A stretch of 64,000 nt of DNA from Iphione sp. A-MEVVRFRX5 (taxonomy: Eukaryota). Made by a program: the position numbers and the translations under genes. The stretch lies in contig OZ320322.1 in assembly GCA_976226885.1 (NCBI GenBank), positions 25,482,001-25,546,000 of the forward strand. The letters are read 5' to 3'. Below are positions 13,203 to 23,001 of this stretch, in pieces. The notes below the pieces were generated by a model. The model made no database searches and was not told the DNA's origin. It saw only the letters and a list, made by a program, of their open reading frames with translations. The stretch's first letter is position 1, and every line of letters begins with the position of its first letter.

Positions 13203-15587
13203 CGAAGAAGGGGGGATAGAGAAGAAACAAAAGAAAGGCAGGGAGAGGAGAGGGAAGAATGATACAAAAACATAAGGGATAGGGTAGAATCTTTGAAAAG
13301 GAGAGGGGAGCACAAGGGCATACCGAGAGAGTTGAAGATACTGGGACCGAAAGAGAGAGAGAAGGAGACGGAGAGAAGTGCGAGAAAGGTGGACAGAGGG
13401 AAGAGAGAAAAGCGAAAGACAGAGTGAGATTAACAGACAGAGAACGAAGAAGTGAGAGAGAAAAGATGCAGATATAGGTAGAGATAGATCGCCAAAGACA
13501 AATGCGACATGAACCGATAGACAGTGATGTTGTCTGGAGTGTAATTCCAAAATCAGCAGGTCCTTTACTGTATATTTCCATTATTACTTGACCAAAGAAA
13601 CATTTGGTGATAGCGAAGTGATTAAATGCACAACATACATATTTGAGAAAATATTTGACGCTGAAAATGAAGCGAAGGGAATACAACTGGAAAGATACAC
13701 ATATAAATATAGGGTAACAACTAAGGAATTAAGACTGCCAATGGGGCCACATGATTTTTCCACTAACGATGCCTTGCCCTACCACCTGAGTTAGTTGTTT
13801 TATAGAAAATAAACCCTTGAGGCTAACATATAGCTTGCCCTAATCTCTGAGTTGATCTCCTGGTTCGATTGCGGACAAGGTCCCTTGCTACTGTGCATGT
13901 GTACTTTTTATACAAGTAACTTTATTGCGTAATTCTGTCATAGAAGCAACATTTAATACAGTATTACAGTATTGCTGACAAATGGTAATGTTACAAATTT
14001 GTTGATACACAACAGTATGCGCATAATGCAGAAGATAGACGGTTCTTCTGTTTGTAACTACATTTCATATTAAAAGGCACACATAAGTCAAATAATGTAT
14101 TCCGGATACGTTTGTGCCTAGGAACACTTACACAGCATCGCAGTCTTTTTCAATGCAGAAGACTAACAGGAAATTGACATCAGCAGGTACCTCCTCACAA
14201 CATGGGTACATAATGTAGTCTTTCACAAATTAAAATTAACATAGGTCAGGGTATTGCTTAGAATAATCAAGTTTGGATCCAAACGACCTAGACAGCTTAA
14301 AAAAAGGACCGGATCCAGCATGTGGTCAATTCAGCAGATTTTGTTTCTCTGTAGATCTAGGCGTGTGAAAGACATTTTCAATAAGTGAGAAACATGCAAC
14401 TGGTTTGCCCTGGGTGCATCCCTACCGCTATCGACCATCTGAAAATGAGCCAGTGTCCGTCCGCGCACGCGCAGACCCGTGGCCCGAGAAAAGCGCCATC
14501 GCATTGTCGGACGGCATTGACAGGAATAGTGACGTCACGGTTGTCAAAATGACACAGGACATGGGAATGTGCACACGCTTTGCAAACACTGCATTCAGCA
14601 ATTTCTCGTCATAGACTGACCGCTGGAGTCCAAGCAGAATGAATACCATTCAAGGACAGACGGGAAAAAAATCGCTTTCGGTGTTCGCAGATCATCTTCC
14701 CGGATGTGAGTTGCGCGCAACAAAGAAGTCTTTGCTTTGTAACCCTGTTTGCTGACATCAATATTTAGGATGGAACAATTTACAGTAATGTAACTGAAAG
14801 CATAGGCATTTTCAGCTCAGTAGTATGATTCTGTGCAATTTCGAGACTTTTTTTGTAACTTTATCTACGAATTCTTTATATGTGTATAAAATTTGGAGAA
14901 ATTTTAGTTTCTATGTACAAATTGTCACATGCAGAATGTTCCAATCATAAAAAAAAACGTTTCTTTTGTCGAACCTCTCGTTGCGCTTTTGGTTTGCAGT
15001 CAGTCTCATCAGAAATGTCCGCTTTGCGATTTGGAACATCCGGAAATGAAAATTCCCCTGAGAAGCTCATTTTCTACTGCAAAAATTGATAGTTGCAGAG
15101 CAACGGCAATCTGTTCCTCGAGAACAGGAGAGGGTGTCCTGTTTACTCAAATAGTGGCCAAATGATATCCTACCCATCAATCTGTTCAACACAGAATGGA
15201 GCACACCACTTCACCCAAAATAAGTTGCTATATGCTTGACTTCCACGTCAATTCGGGTTGGTTTTCACATTCGGGGCATATCACTGTTTTTCATTTTTAG
15301 TCCTCCATTGAACTAGCCATATCATCCTAACACTGTCTAGTAACCCTTTGATGCACAGTAGGCAGTGTATTTTAAACCTTACAGGGTAATTTAAATATGA
15401 TATCGGATAGCTTGACAACGCTCCTCTTTCTGTTTAGCTCTGGATCGCAAAATCTTACACTTATGAAAAAAAAAACATGATTAGACAGAATTTGCCACTT
15501 GATCGCTGTAAAATTGACTCGCGATGCCTGTAATCGGAAAGTCATATTTTGATTGTCGAAAACCAAACTACCGCCTACGGAGGTGTA

Positions 15588-15892
15588 TGGAAAAATGTCT
15601 TTGCTTCTGGTAACCAAACTGAATCATTTTGGTCCGAATGATTTTTTAAATTTTTTTTCTCGTTTTGTGAACACCTTTTGAGTTATTTACGATAGTGGGA
15701 CGTGCAATACACTATCGTATTCCTCATATTGCTAGCTTTGATCTGATTAAGGTTTCATTGTCTGAGCAATAAAAGTGGCATTACCATTTACATTTGTTAC
15801 TTCCAAGACTTCTTTGAAAAAAAGGTAATACTACCTATCGACCGACCCTGTATTTTTCAGCATGTCACTGGAAACAGATACTTTTTAAGGCC
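15588..15892 (-). mobile_element. MITE copy of the GGC(A)n..GTGTTTCTGG / GGTAGG family
   Basis: The right end CTACCTATCGACCGACCCTG...TGGAAACAGATACTTTTTAAGGCC (15831-15892) is the reverse complement of the family left end seen at 58217. The left boundary is approximate. Confidence 0.4.
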
Positions 15893-16529
15893 TGATTTGG
15901 ATGTTGTGACCTTACCATCCAATGATACTTTTAACATATTATCTGCCTTCTTCTCATGTGTAGTTGATGGTATTGTCTTTTTATGGTGATGTTGAAGGTT
16001 GCATTTTTGAGGTTGTGCATATAAATTGTGTTTAAAATGAAGCTGAAATGATGTGCTGCCGGGTATGTAACCGACAAACAAGCTATTTTCTACTTTTTAG
16101 GCAGAAAGAGACACTTTTAAGAGGACATGAGTGAGGATACGCTTCTGGCAATTAGCCATGTTGTGGCCCTCTCTGAGAATATTTCCTTGAAAACTATTAC
16201 CTTACTTTTTCTACCTAAATTGATTGCTGGCAAGTCAAAATAACCGTAATACAAACTATAAAAGCATAAGTGCTTTGAAGTAATACCTTTTATGCCTTAA
16301 TCTAAATAGACTAAAAACGTTGCTGGTACAAATATAATGACCTTCACTTCTCAACAAAAGTTTAATATTCTTGCTTATATTGGGACTGTTGTATACACAT
16401 TTCTGCAAACAAGGCTAAATGCTCATTTGGTCAGAGGGTCAGGCAGCAGTATTGCTATTTTTCTCAGGGAAAATTTCAGGAACCTAGAGATGGACGTAAA
16501 GGCATACCCATGTCGTGTGTAAAGCAGTA

Positions 16530-16650
16530 GATAGCTGACGAACTGGACGGTTCGGGGTTATTGCACTAGAGGGCGATGCAGCAGAGGCTTATATAACAGT
16601 TGACCCAGTCTCCCCTCACTAAAACGAGGGCCTCTGCGTGTCAAGTAAGC
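16530..16650 (+). repeat. Split direct repeat A1
   Basis: 116/121 identical to 18186-18306. Confidence 0.97.
16590..16620 (+). promoter_or_regulatory. Putative TATA box plus initiator inside repeat A (also at 18246 in A2)
   Basis: TATATAA at 16590-16596, with CTCACT about 28 nt downstream. The ORF start context ACAATGG at 16698-16704 is Kozak-like. Confidence 0.5.
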
Positions 16651-16700
16651 ATCGGTAGCGCCAGTAAACAACCGCCAACCGTTATTTCAAATTCGAGACA

Positions 16701-18029
16701 ATGGCAGAGGCGCAGCTGTCTGAACATACCAGGCTGTTAGAGGACATTGTTAGGAGGCTCCAAGCACTGGAGCAAGGATCTAACAAGAAGCCAGGACCCT
16801 CGAAAGAGAAGAAGTCAACGAAGACAGGTGTGTTGATGAGAAGCAAGGCAAAGGACGATACAGGAAAGGCGAAAGACGGGGCAAGATCGGAGGACCCAGA
16901 TGATACAGATGATCCAGAGGACGAGCCACCGACTGATTCGGATGAGCAAGATGAGGAGTTCCTGCCACCTGAACACCTCAAGCAGACGGGCACCACTCAC
17001 ATCCAAGAAACACTAAGCGTGATGTACCCGGACTTGTCGTCGGGTGCAGATCCCAGGCTTAAGAAAATGGCACAATGGGCCGTAGAGAGGCAACAGGAGG
17101 ACGTTACCCGAGAGTCACACTCGAGGAGACTCTCACACATCTCGACCTTTATAGCATTCTGCTATCACTATGACATAGACATTTATAAGGTTGACTACCC
17201 AGACATATTAGTTTTTCTGGAGTATCTGGTCATGACAGGATTGAGTCCGAATGTTATCTCTCAACACTTATCTTATGTGAAGCTGGCCTTGAGGAGGCTG
17301 CATCTTCCCAATACCATTTGTGAAAATGTGTTTGTCAAAACAGCATTAAAGGGTATTCACAAATCGTCTGATCATGAGGTGCAGAGGAAATTGCCAGTGT
17401 TGTTAAAGCACTTGAGTAGCTTGGTGAATGCTTTGGCTAAATTAGGCCCTATCGGGGATACCCTTGCTACAGCCTTTCTATTTCTGTTCTATTCCTTGAT
17501 GAGGCAGTCGAACCTGGCACCCCGGTTCCCCCACAGGTTTGACCCATTGAAGCAGTTAACAACGGATGATATACATTTCGGTGACGACTCAGTGAGAGTG
17601 CGCGTGAAGTGGTCCAAGACAATTGACAAAAATAATAAAAGGTTCATTTTTCTCCCTAAAACAGGTACCTCTCTCTGCCCATATGCAGCTTTAGAGAGAA
17701 TGTTCGAGCGAACCCCCAAGGTGTCTACGGCTCAGCCGCTATTCTTGGATCCATGTACCTTCTTACCACTTACTACTAAGCAACTAGCGGATACCTTTTC
17801 GCTAATCAATAAGCAACTCGGGTTGGATTATAAGGCATTCTCCCCTCATAGTTTCCGTAGGGGAGGGGCAGTAGCATTACAAAAAGAAGGGGCCACATTA
17901 CCTCAGATTATGGCGCAGGGCACGTGGGTCTCCACCCCCTCAGTGCTGGTATACACCAAACGCGAGCAGGACTCGGTGAAAGCGGCAGCCCTTTTGAGGG
18001 CTGTAGCTCAGGCTATGCCTGCTGAGTAA
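16701..18029 (+). CDS. Tyrosine recombinase (phage-integrase superfamily, DIRS/Ngaro-type) with an N-terminal charged extension
   Basis: Uninterrupted 442-aa ORF. Catalytic motifs: LMR268QSNL, WSK306T, H383SFR386RGG, GTW409 and VLVY418. It also has the CP..A and PLF motifs and a helical core-binding region from ~aa 118. Confidence 0.95.
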   Translation: MAEAQLSEHTRLLEDIVRRLQALEQGSNKKPGPSKEKKSTKTGVLMRSKAKDDTGKAKDGARSEDPDDTDDPEDEPPTDSDEQDEEFLPPEHLKQTGTTHIQETLSVMYPDLSSGADPRLKKMAQWAVERQQEDVTRESHSRRLSHISTFIAFCYHYDIDIYKVDYPDILVFLEYLVMTGLSPNVISQHLSYVKLALRRLHLPNTICENVFVKTALKGIHKSSDHEVQRKLPVLLKHLSSLVNALAKLGPIGDTLATAFLFLFYSLMRQSNLAPRFPHRFDPLKQLTTDDIHFGDDSVRVRVKWSKTIDKNNKRFIFLPKTGTSLCPYAALERMFERTPKVSTAQPLFLDPCTFLPLTTKQLADTFSLINKQLGLDYKAFSPHSFRRGGAVALQKEGATLPQIMAQGTWVSTPSVLVYTKREQDSVKAAALLRAVAQAMPAE

Positions 18030-18039
18030 CCTTGGCTTG

Positions 18040-18189
18040 GCGGGTTTTGATATTTAATTTCGATGGATTTGTCTTGGTTGACATGCCAATTGTATATCTA
18101 GAGGTCTTGAAATGACCATTGCACAGGGAAGAGAAATAAATATCCTCTGTGTTGTCGCCACGTATTCCGGAGTTTGTGTTTGTGTGATA
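18040..18189 (+). repeat. Split direct repeat B1, containing AATAAA at 18135-18140 and a downstream GT-rich tract
   Basis: 147/150 identical to 18410-18559. Confidence 0.97.
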
Positions 18190-18306
18190 GCTGACGAACT
18201 GGACGGTTTGGGGTTATTGCACTAGAGGGTGATGCAGCAGAGGCTTATATAACAGTTGACCCAGTCTCCCCTCACTCAAACAAGGGCCTCCGCGTGTCAA
18301 GTAAGC
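18186..18306 (+). repeat. Split direct repeat A2
   Basis: Copy of 16530-16650, directly joined to B1 through a shared GATA. Confidence 0.97.
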
Positions 18307-18409
18307 CACCAACCCCCCCCCACAACTCTGGCAAGACTTGGTCTTAATTTCGTTCATAGTCTTGTAAAGAGAAGCGTATATTTATGTAAACGCGGTTGCT
18401 TAGACAAGA

Positions 18410-18559
18410 GCGGGTTTTGATATTTAATTTCGATGGATTTGTATTGGTTGACATGCCAATTGTATATCTAGAGGTCTTGAAATAACCATTGCGCAGGGAA
18501 GAGAAATAAATATCCTCTGTGTTGTCGCCACGTATTCCGGAGTTTGTGTTTGTGTGATA
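18410..18559 (+). repeat. Split direct repeat B2, containing AATAAA at 18505-18510
   Basis: Copy of 18040-18189. It forms the right end of the element. Confidence 0.97.
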
Positions 18560-19769
18560 AACAACCCATCATGATGAGTGCTGTATTTTCCCCTCCAGGT
18601 CTCTAATTGTGTACGCTTTAGAGGTACTTCCTCCCCCAGCCTTTGTCCACACTCAGGCTAACCATTGACAATGAAAGCCGTACTTTTTCTTGAGTTGACT
18701 TTTGAAGTAGAAACCTGGTTGGGTTTTTATTTTCGACGTTCTTCGAACACCAATGGAAGCGGTGCCACAGTGCCACGAGGCTGTACGAGACATTCTATTT
18801 CCATATCCGTGCCTCTACAACTATTTCGGGTCTGCTTTCCCTGGCCCAGAAACAGATTGAAAGGGAGAAAAACCCAGGTCGCCGTTTCTTCAGAATGAGG
18901 GCTCCCGACTGGCATACTTGCCCAGTAATGAATTATGTCTGTTCATAAGATCAATGCTGTCAGTTGTGCCACTCTTCAACTTAAACAAAGTACTTGAAAT
19001 GTATATGGATGAAGCTTCCCTTGTTAAGGTACTGTTTAAACCGTGCAGGCGTAAAGGTTACTTCAATATTCTCAAAACCAAGAACGTCACTAAGTTTACC
19101 CGACGGTAAAGACTCTTTAGAACAATTCATTTATATTTCGCTCTGTTTAGTCGTAGTGTCAGTATCACTTCCAATATACACTACCACAGTGTAATTGTCC
19201 GACAGTGTTTTTTTTTCAATTCAAAAATCTGATGATATCGGAAAAAGATTTTATCTACACAAATCTCTGTAGCTTTAATTTCCTGAAACATCAAGTACCT
19301 GCTCAAGCTCCGACAAATGACCACCCGCGGTCTTAAAGCCTTCACCATCACTTCACAGGCTCTTACAGCAGATTCAGGGATCCTAGGGAAGTTATGCATT
19401 GGCGGCACTTGCTCATGATATTTTTTATTTCGGTGAGGACCAGACATGATCCAATGCGTACAGGATTTTCCTTCACGAGCCTACGTTGGTCAAGTGATAT
19501 CCATTTTGGTAAGAGAAGAAAGACGCTACATGGGAATATCTTGGCAAATGCTAGATTACATGTACTTCCTCTCGCATCACTATCAGGGTTGTACATTAAT
19601 AATAAATGCATTTCGGTACAATCTGTTAAAATGGTGTTGCCTTCCAGATGTTTTGATGCCAAAATCAGTGTTCTGTAATGTTGCCTCCTTAACAGTGTAG
19701 GTGATTTTGGATTTGTTCATCAGAGGATGAGCTTATGAGGTACTGGAATTGGGAAAAACCTAAAACCTG

Positions 19770-20033
19770 CTAATAAAGAGTGTCTTTGCTATAACCCGAT
19801 CGATCCTGATTTTTTACCTCGTGGAACATTCTTTTTATAATTGTTTTTTAAATATTTTCAGAATGGATCCAAGGCAGTAGAAGTGACAGTACCAGGCTTG
19901 AAAAAAGACTGACTAGCTTATTCACACTGACATTTGTATGTAAAAAAACAGAGACCACCTACCTACCAAATATACATTTTTTCAAATAATGCTACCAGAA
20001 ACACAATTTTGGTTTTTTTTGGAGGAAAGGGCC
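19770..20033 (-). mobile_element. MITE copy of the GGC(A)n..GTGTTTCTGG / GGTAGG family
   Basis: The right end ACCTACCTACC...CCAGAAACACAATTTT...GGGCC|TAA matches the reverse complement of the family left end. ACCCGATCGATCCTGATTTTT lies near the left end. The left boundary is approximate. Confidence 0.45.
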
Positions 20034-22629
20034 TAACCATCCTTGTTAATGAATCATATAGTTATCTGGATGGCAACCACCTTGAAAACTAGGCAAGGCG
20101 GTGCCCAATTTATTTTAAGAGAGGCGCAAACTGCTTTAAACAATTTAGAAAGCAATTAACTCTTGGACGAGTCAAAGGCGTTGGCCAGCTGTGGCCCAAC
20201 TGGAACCCAGTTCCGGTTCTGGCTCAGGAAACAGAGAATTACTCTCAAGCAAGAGCAAGTGCTATAAAGACAGCGAAGCTAAGACCCTTAAGTCAAATCT
20301 TAAACCTGATGGCATTTTTTCTATCCCAAACAACACCATAGGAAACATTCATACGACGAAGGTATTTTAAATCTAATCTGACAATGCAAGGAGCTCAGAA
20401 CACTTTATTTGTTACAAATAGTAGACTATCCATTTGGAAGTGCTAATGAAAACGTTATTTGTTCAGCACCGTGAAATCAATAATGAGGCAGTGAAAGCCA
20501 TTGGGTTTCATTTTGATAAAATGTCATTCAAAAATTCTGCTCTAACCCAAGGAACTTTTACGGCTCCCTTGAGTCAATTAATTTACTGATCGATTTTCCT
20601 AGATGGCTCTTCTGCCTGCCAACGGGCGGCACTGGGGAGTTTGCTTTCCGGGCTCCACCTCAAAATCCACCCTTCCATGAGAGCACTGCTGTCGTTTCAG
20701 TTGAAAATGGATTTCTTAAATGTGTCCCAAATTTGGGTCAATGTCAGATAAATCTCTCACCTTGCAGGCTAAATACTATTCCGGTGTCAGTATCAAAATG
20801 TGTGTATCTACACATTCAGTTCTTCAACCTTTTTCGCTAACGTAATGACCGATTCTACGGATTTCAAACTCCTTTCCTCATCGCTGACGACACACTTGGA
20901 TTGAAAGGGTGATGATGAGAACAAAGTCAACCATTCTCATAATTCATTTTTTGCTCTTATCTTGATGTTCTCTGACAGCGAAATCAAATAGGCTCATGTA
21001 CTTTAAAAACTCCTGATTCCCAAAATTCTCTAGACTTCAGACAGTCTCTCTCTTCGTTCGCATTACTTTGTTAGACAACGGTTTAGAAATTACAAAGGTA
21101 CTAAAATCCTCTCGTAGCATTTCACTAGTTTAATGACCCTCCTTGAGAATCATTCACTGCAGCAGAAATCGCTGCCATAACGAATGCTTCTAGCTGTCGC
21201 TGTCATGCTCCAAAGAAGAATTTACGGCAGTATGTGTTTAAATATATGTCTAAGCTGATAAAGAATATTGTGAAGATGATGCGGCTTTATCGAATTATTC
21301 TGCACCCACCAATTCCAACTTAAGAATATAAAAATCTACTTAGGCAGGCTACAATGGTGTCATTTACTTCATAATCTCATGTACGAAATATGTTTTTTAT
21401 TTACAATAAACAACGATATTCCAAATAATATTAGGGTCGAGCAATCCCCTCTTTTCACCAACTTTGCTTGTCTACATGACCTTGAACACCGGTAACACAT
21501 TTGAAACCTTAGCTGCTGTATGTCCGTTTCACTTGATAATGTTCCTGTATCAATTTTCTTCTCCTCAACATGAGCGGCCTTCCTTTGCTAGTATCTGGAA
21601 AATACATACAGCTCAGGAATTAAAACATTCGCTGAAATCACGTGTAGTACTTTCAAGCTGAAGACACCATAGTCCATCGCTTTCAAGAGGGCACCCTTAT
21701 TAAAGTTTCACTTCTCCAATATCTTTTAAATGGCTCTATTGTTATCTTGATCAAATGTGTACTTATTCCCATCTTTACCTCAAAATCCGGAGTCAGCCGA
21801 GGCGTTTCGACCGCTTTGATTCAGGGCATTGATTGAGTCTTTTCCCTCGAAGATTTCAATATCTACACCTGTTGACAAACTGAGAGGCTGTTTGACTGAA
21901 TTCTAATCAAAACGTGGTGTAATGAACCACCAGTGGCGTCGGATTCAAATTACAACGGCACCCAGGCATCCAGGTAAAAGATGATGATTATAATAAAAAT
22001 TGCCTGCTCAGTCATCCAGAAATTCTCAAATAGCCTTCAGGTGCAACGATTTTCTTATTTCCCATAAGAACCAAGGAAAATTCAAATTAATGAAAAGATG
22101 AAACCAAGGATGCGAAGCATTTGCGGAGTGAAAGGAAAGGATTCACCTTTAGCTGATGGAAAGGGTAGTAAGCGTCTGCCTTTAAGGTCATCGAAACGTG
22201 AGGCTGAAGCAAGACCGCCGCTGATTTTGCTCGCAATTCATCTCTTGCTTCAATATGACCTCACGAAATATAGCCGAAAACCGTTGATATGTCTTTTATA
22301 CTAACCTTTTCTGTGGAGACGTTACACGTACGAAAATGAAGATTTCAGATCGTGCTCCAACAAAGGTACACGTGTTTTCTCATAATCTCTCGTCACCTTC
22401 GAATTTCTCCTCATTCGCCAAACATTTAAATGGATTGTGTACCTGAGCTTGGCAAGTTCCTATATAACCGGTAGATTTGAAAGTACAGTCAATTTCCCCT
22501 TTGAAAGTGGCCTTCTCTTGCCATATATAAGGGATTATTCTCATTTCCATTTCTGATCACAATTGCCACTTGGGTTGAAGCAACTGTCTCTCCAATTTGC
22601 CGCTCTATAGAGAATGTAGTGTAGGAGTG

Positions 22630-22861
22630 TTCGTGGTACCACCAGCATAAGGCTAAGTAAGTCTGTATCTATAACGGTTTGTGGCACCACTGGCATAAGG
22701 CTAAATAAGTCTGTATCTGATGTACTCTGTAATGGTTCGTTGTACCACCAACATAAGGCTAAGTAAGTCTGTATCTGATGTACTATAATGGTTTGTGGTA
22801 CTACCAGCATAAGGCTAAGTAAGTCTGTATCTAGTATACTATGATAGTTCGTGGCACCACA
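22630..22861. repeat. Minisatellite with a 49-58 bp unit, four full copies plus a partial one
   Basis: The core GTGGTACCACCAGCATAAGGCTAAGTAAGTCTGTATCT recurs at ~22633, 22681, 22739 and 22795. A partial unit lies at ~22849. Confidence 0.93.
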
Positions 22862-23001
22862 AGGGTTTGGGGGTGTACCCAATGACCCCAGAGAGCCTGC
22901 TTGTGGCACCACAAGTGATGTATAGGCAAAAAATTGCACTCAATGCCCCTGGTTAGCTAGAAGGTGACCTTGGACCCTGTAGATCCAGGCCATTACTACT
23001 T

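Larger units (their letters stand above)
16530..18559 (+). mobile_element. Ngaro/PAT-like tyrosine-recombinase element with split direct repeats (A1-YR-B1-A2-spacer-B2), lacking gag, RT and RNase H
   Basis: A1 16530-16650 matches A2 18186-18306 (121 bp, 5 differences). B1 18040-18189 matches B2 18410-18559 (150 bp, 3 differences). B1 and A2 overlap on GATA. A single 442-aa YR ORF lies between A1 and B1, and GATA is present at both termini. Confidence 0.92.
16440..19075 (-). pseudogene. Possible decayed Ty3/Gypsy-like integrase C-terminal region, interrupted by the YR element
   Basis: Minus-strand remnants across stops and frameshifts: ENIEVTFTPARFKQYL, DLGFSPFQSVSG, AYTIRDLEGKIQ and THHDGLFIYC. 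The last is continuous only after removing 16530-18555. Weak similarity by eye. Confidence 0.3.

Noticed and set aside
12997-13686. 229-aa, 151-aa and 65-aa minus-strand ORFs
   Set aside because: Artefacts of the (GGGA)/(CGGA) microsatellite and purine-rich low-complexity DNA.
14400-14760. CpG-rich patch with a TGACGTCA site
   Set aside because: Could be a promoter or the interior of a non-autonomous transposon. Neither a downstream gene nor element ends could be defined.
16682-17719. Minus-strand ORFs at 16682-16996, 16780-16968, 16815-17006 and 17489-17719
   Set aside because: Antisense shadows of the recombinase ORF with no independent motifs.
22630-22861. CRISPR-like appearance of the regular repeats
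   Set aside because: The inter-repeat segments are short and similar to each other rather than unique spacers, there are no cas genes, and the context is eukaryotic.
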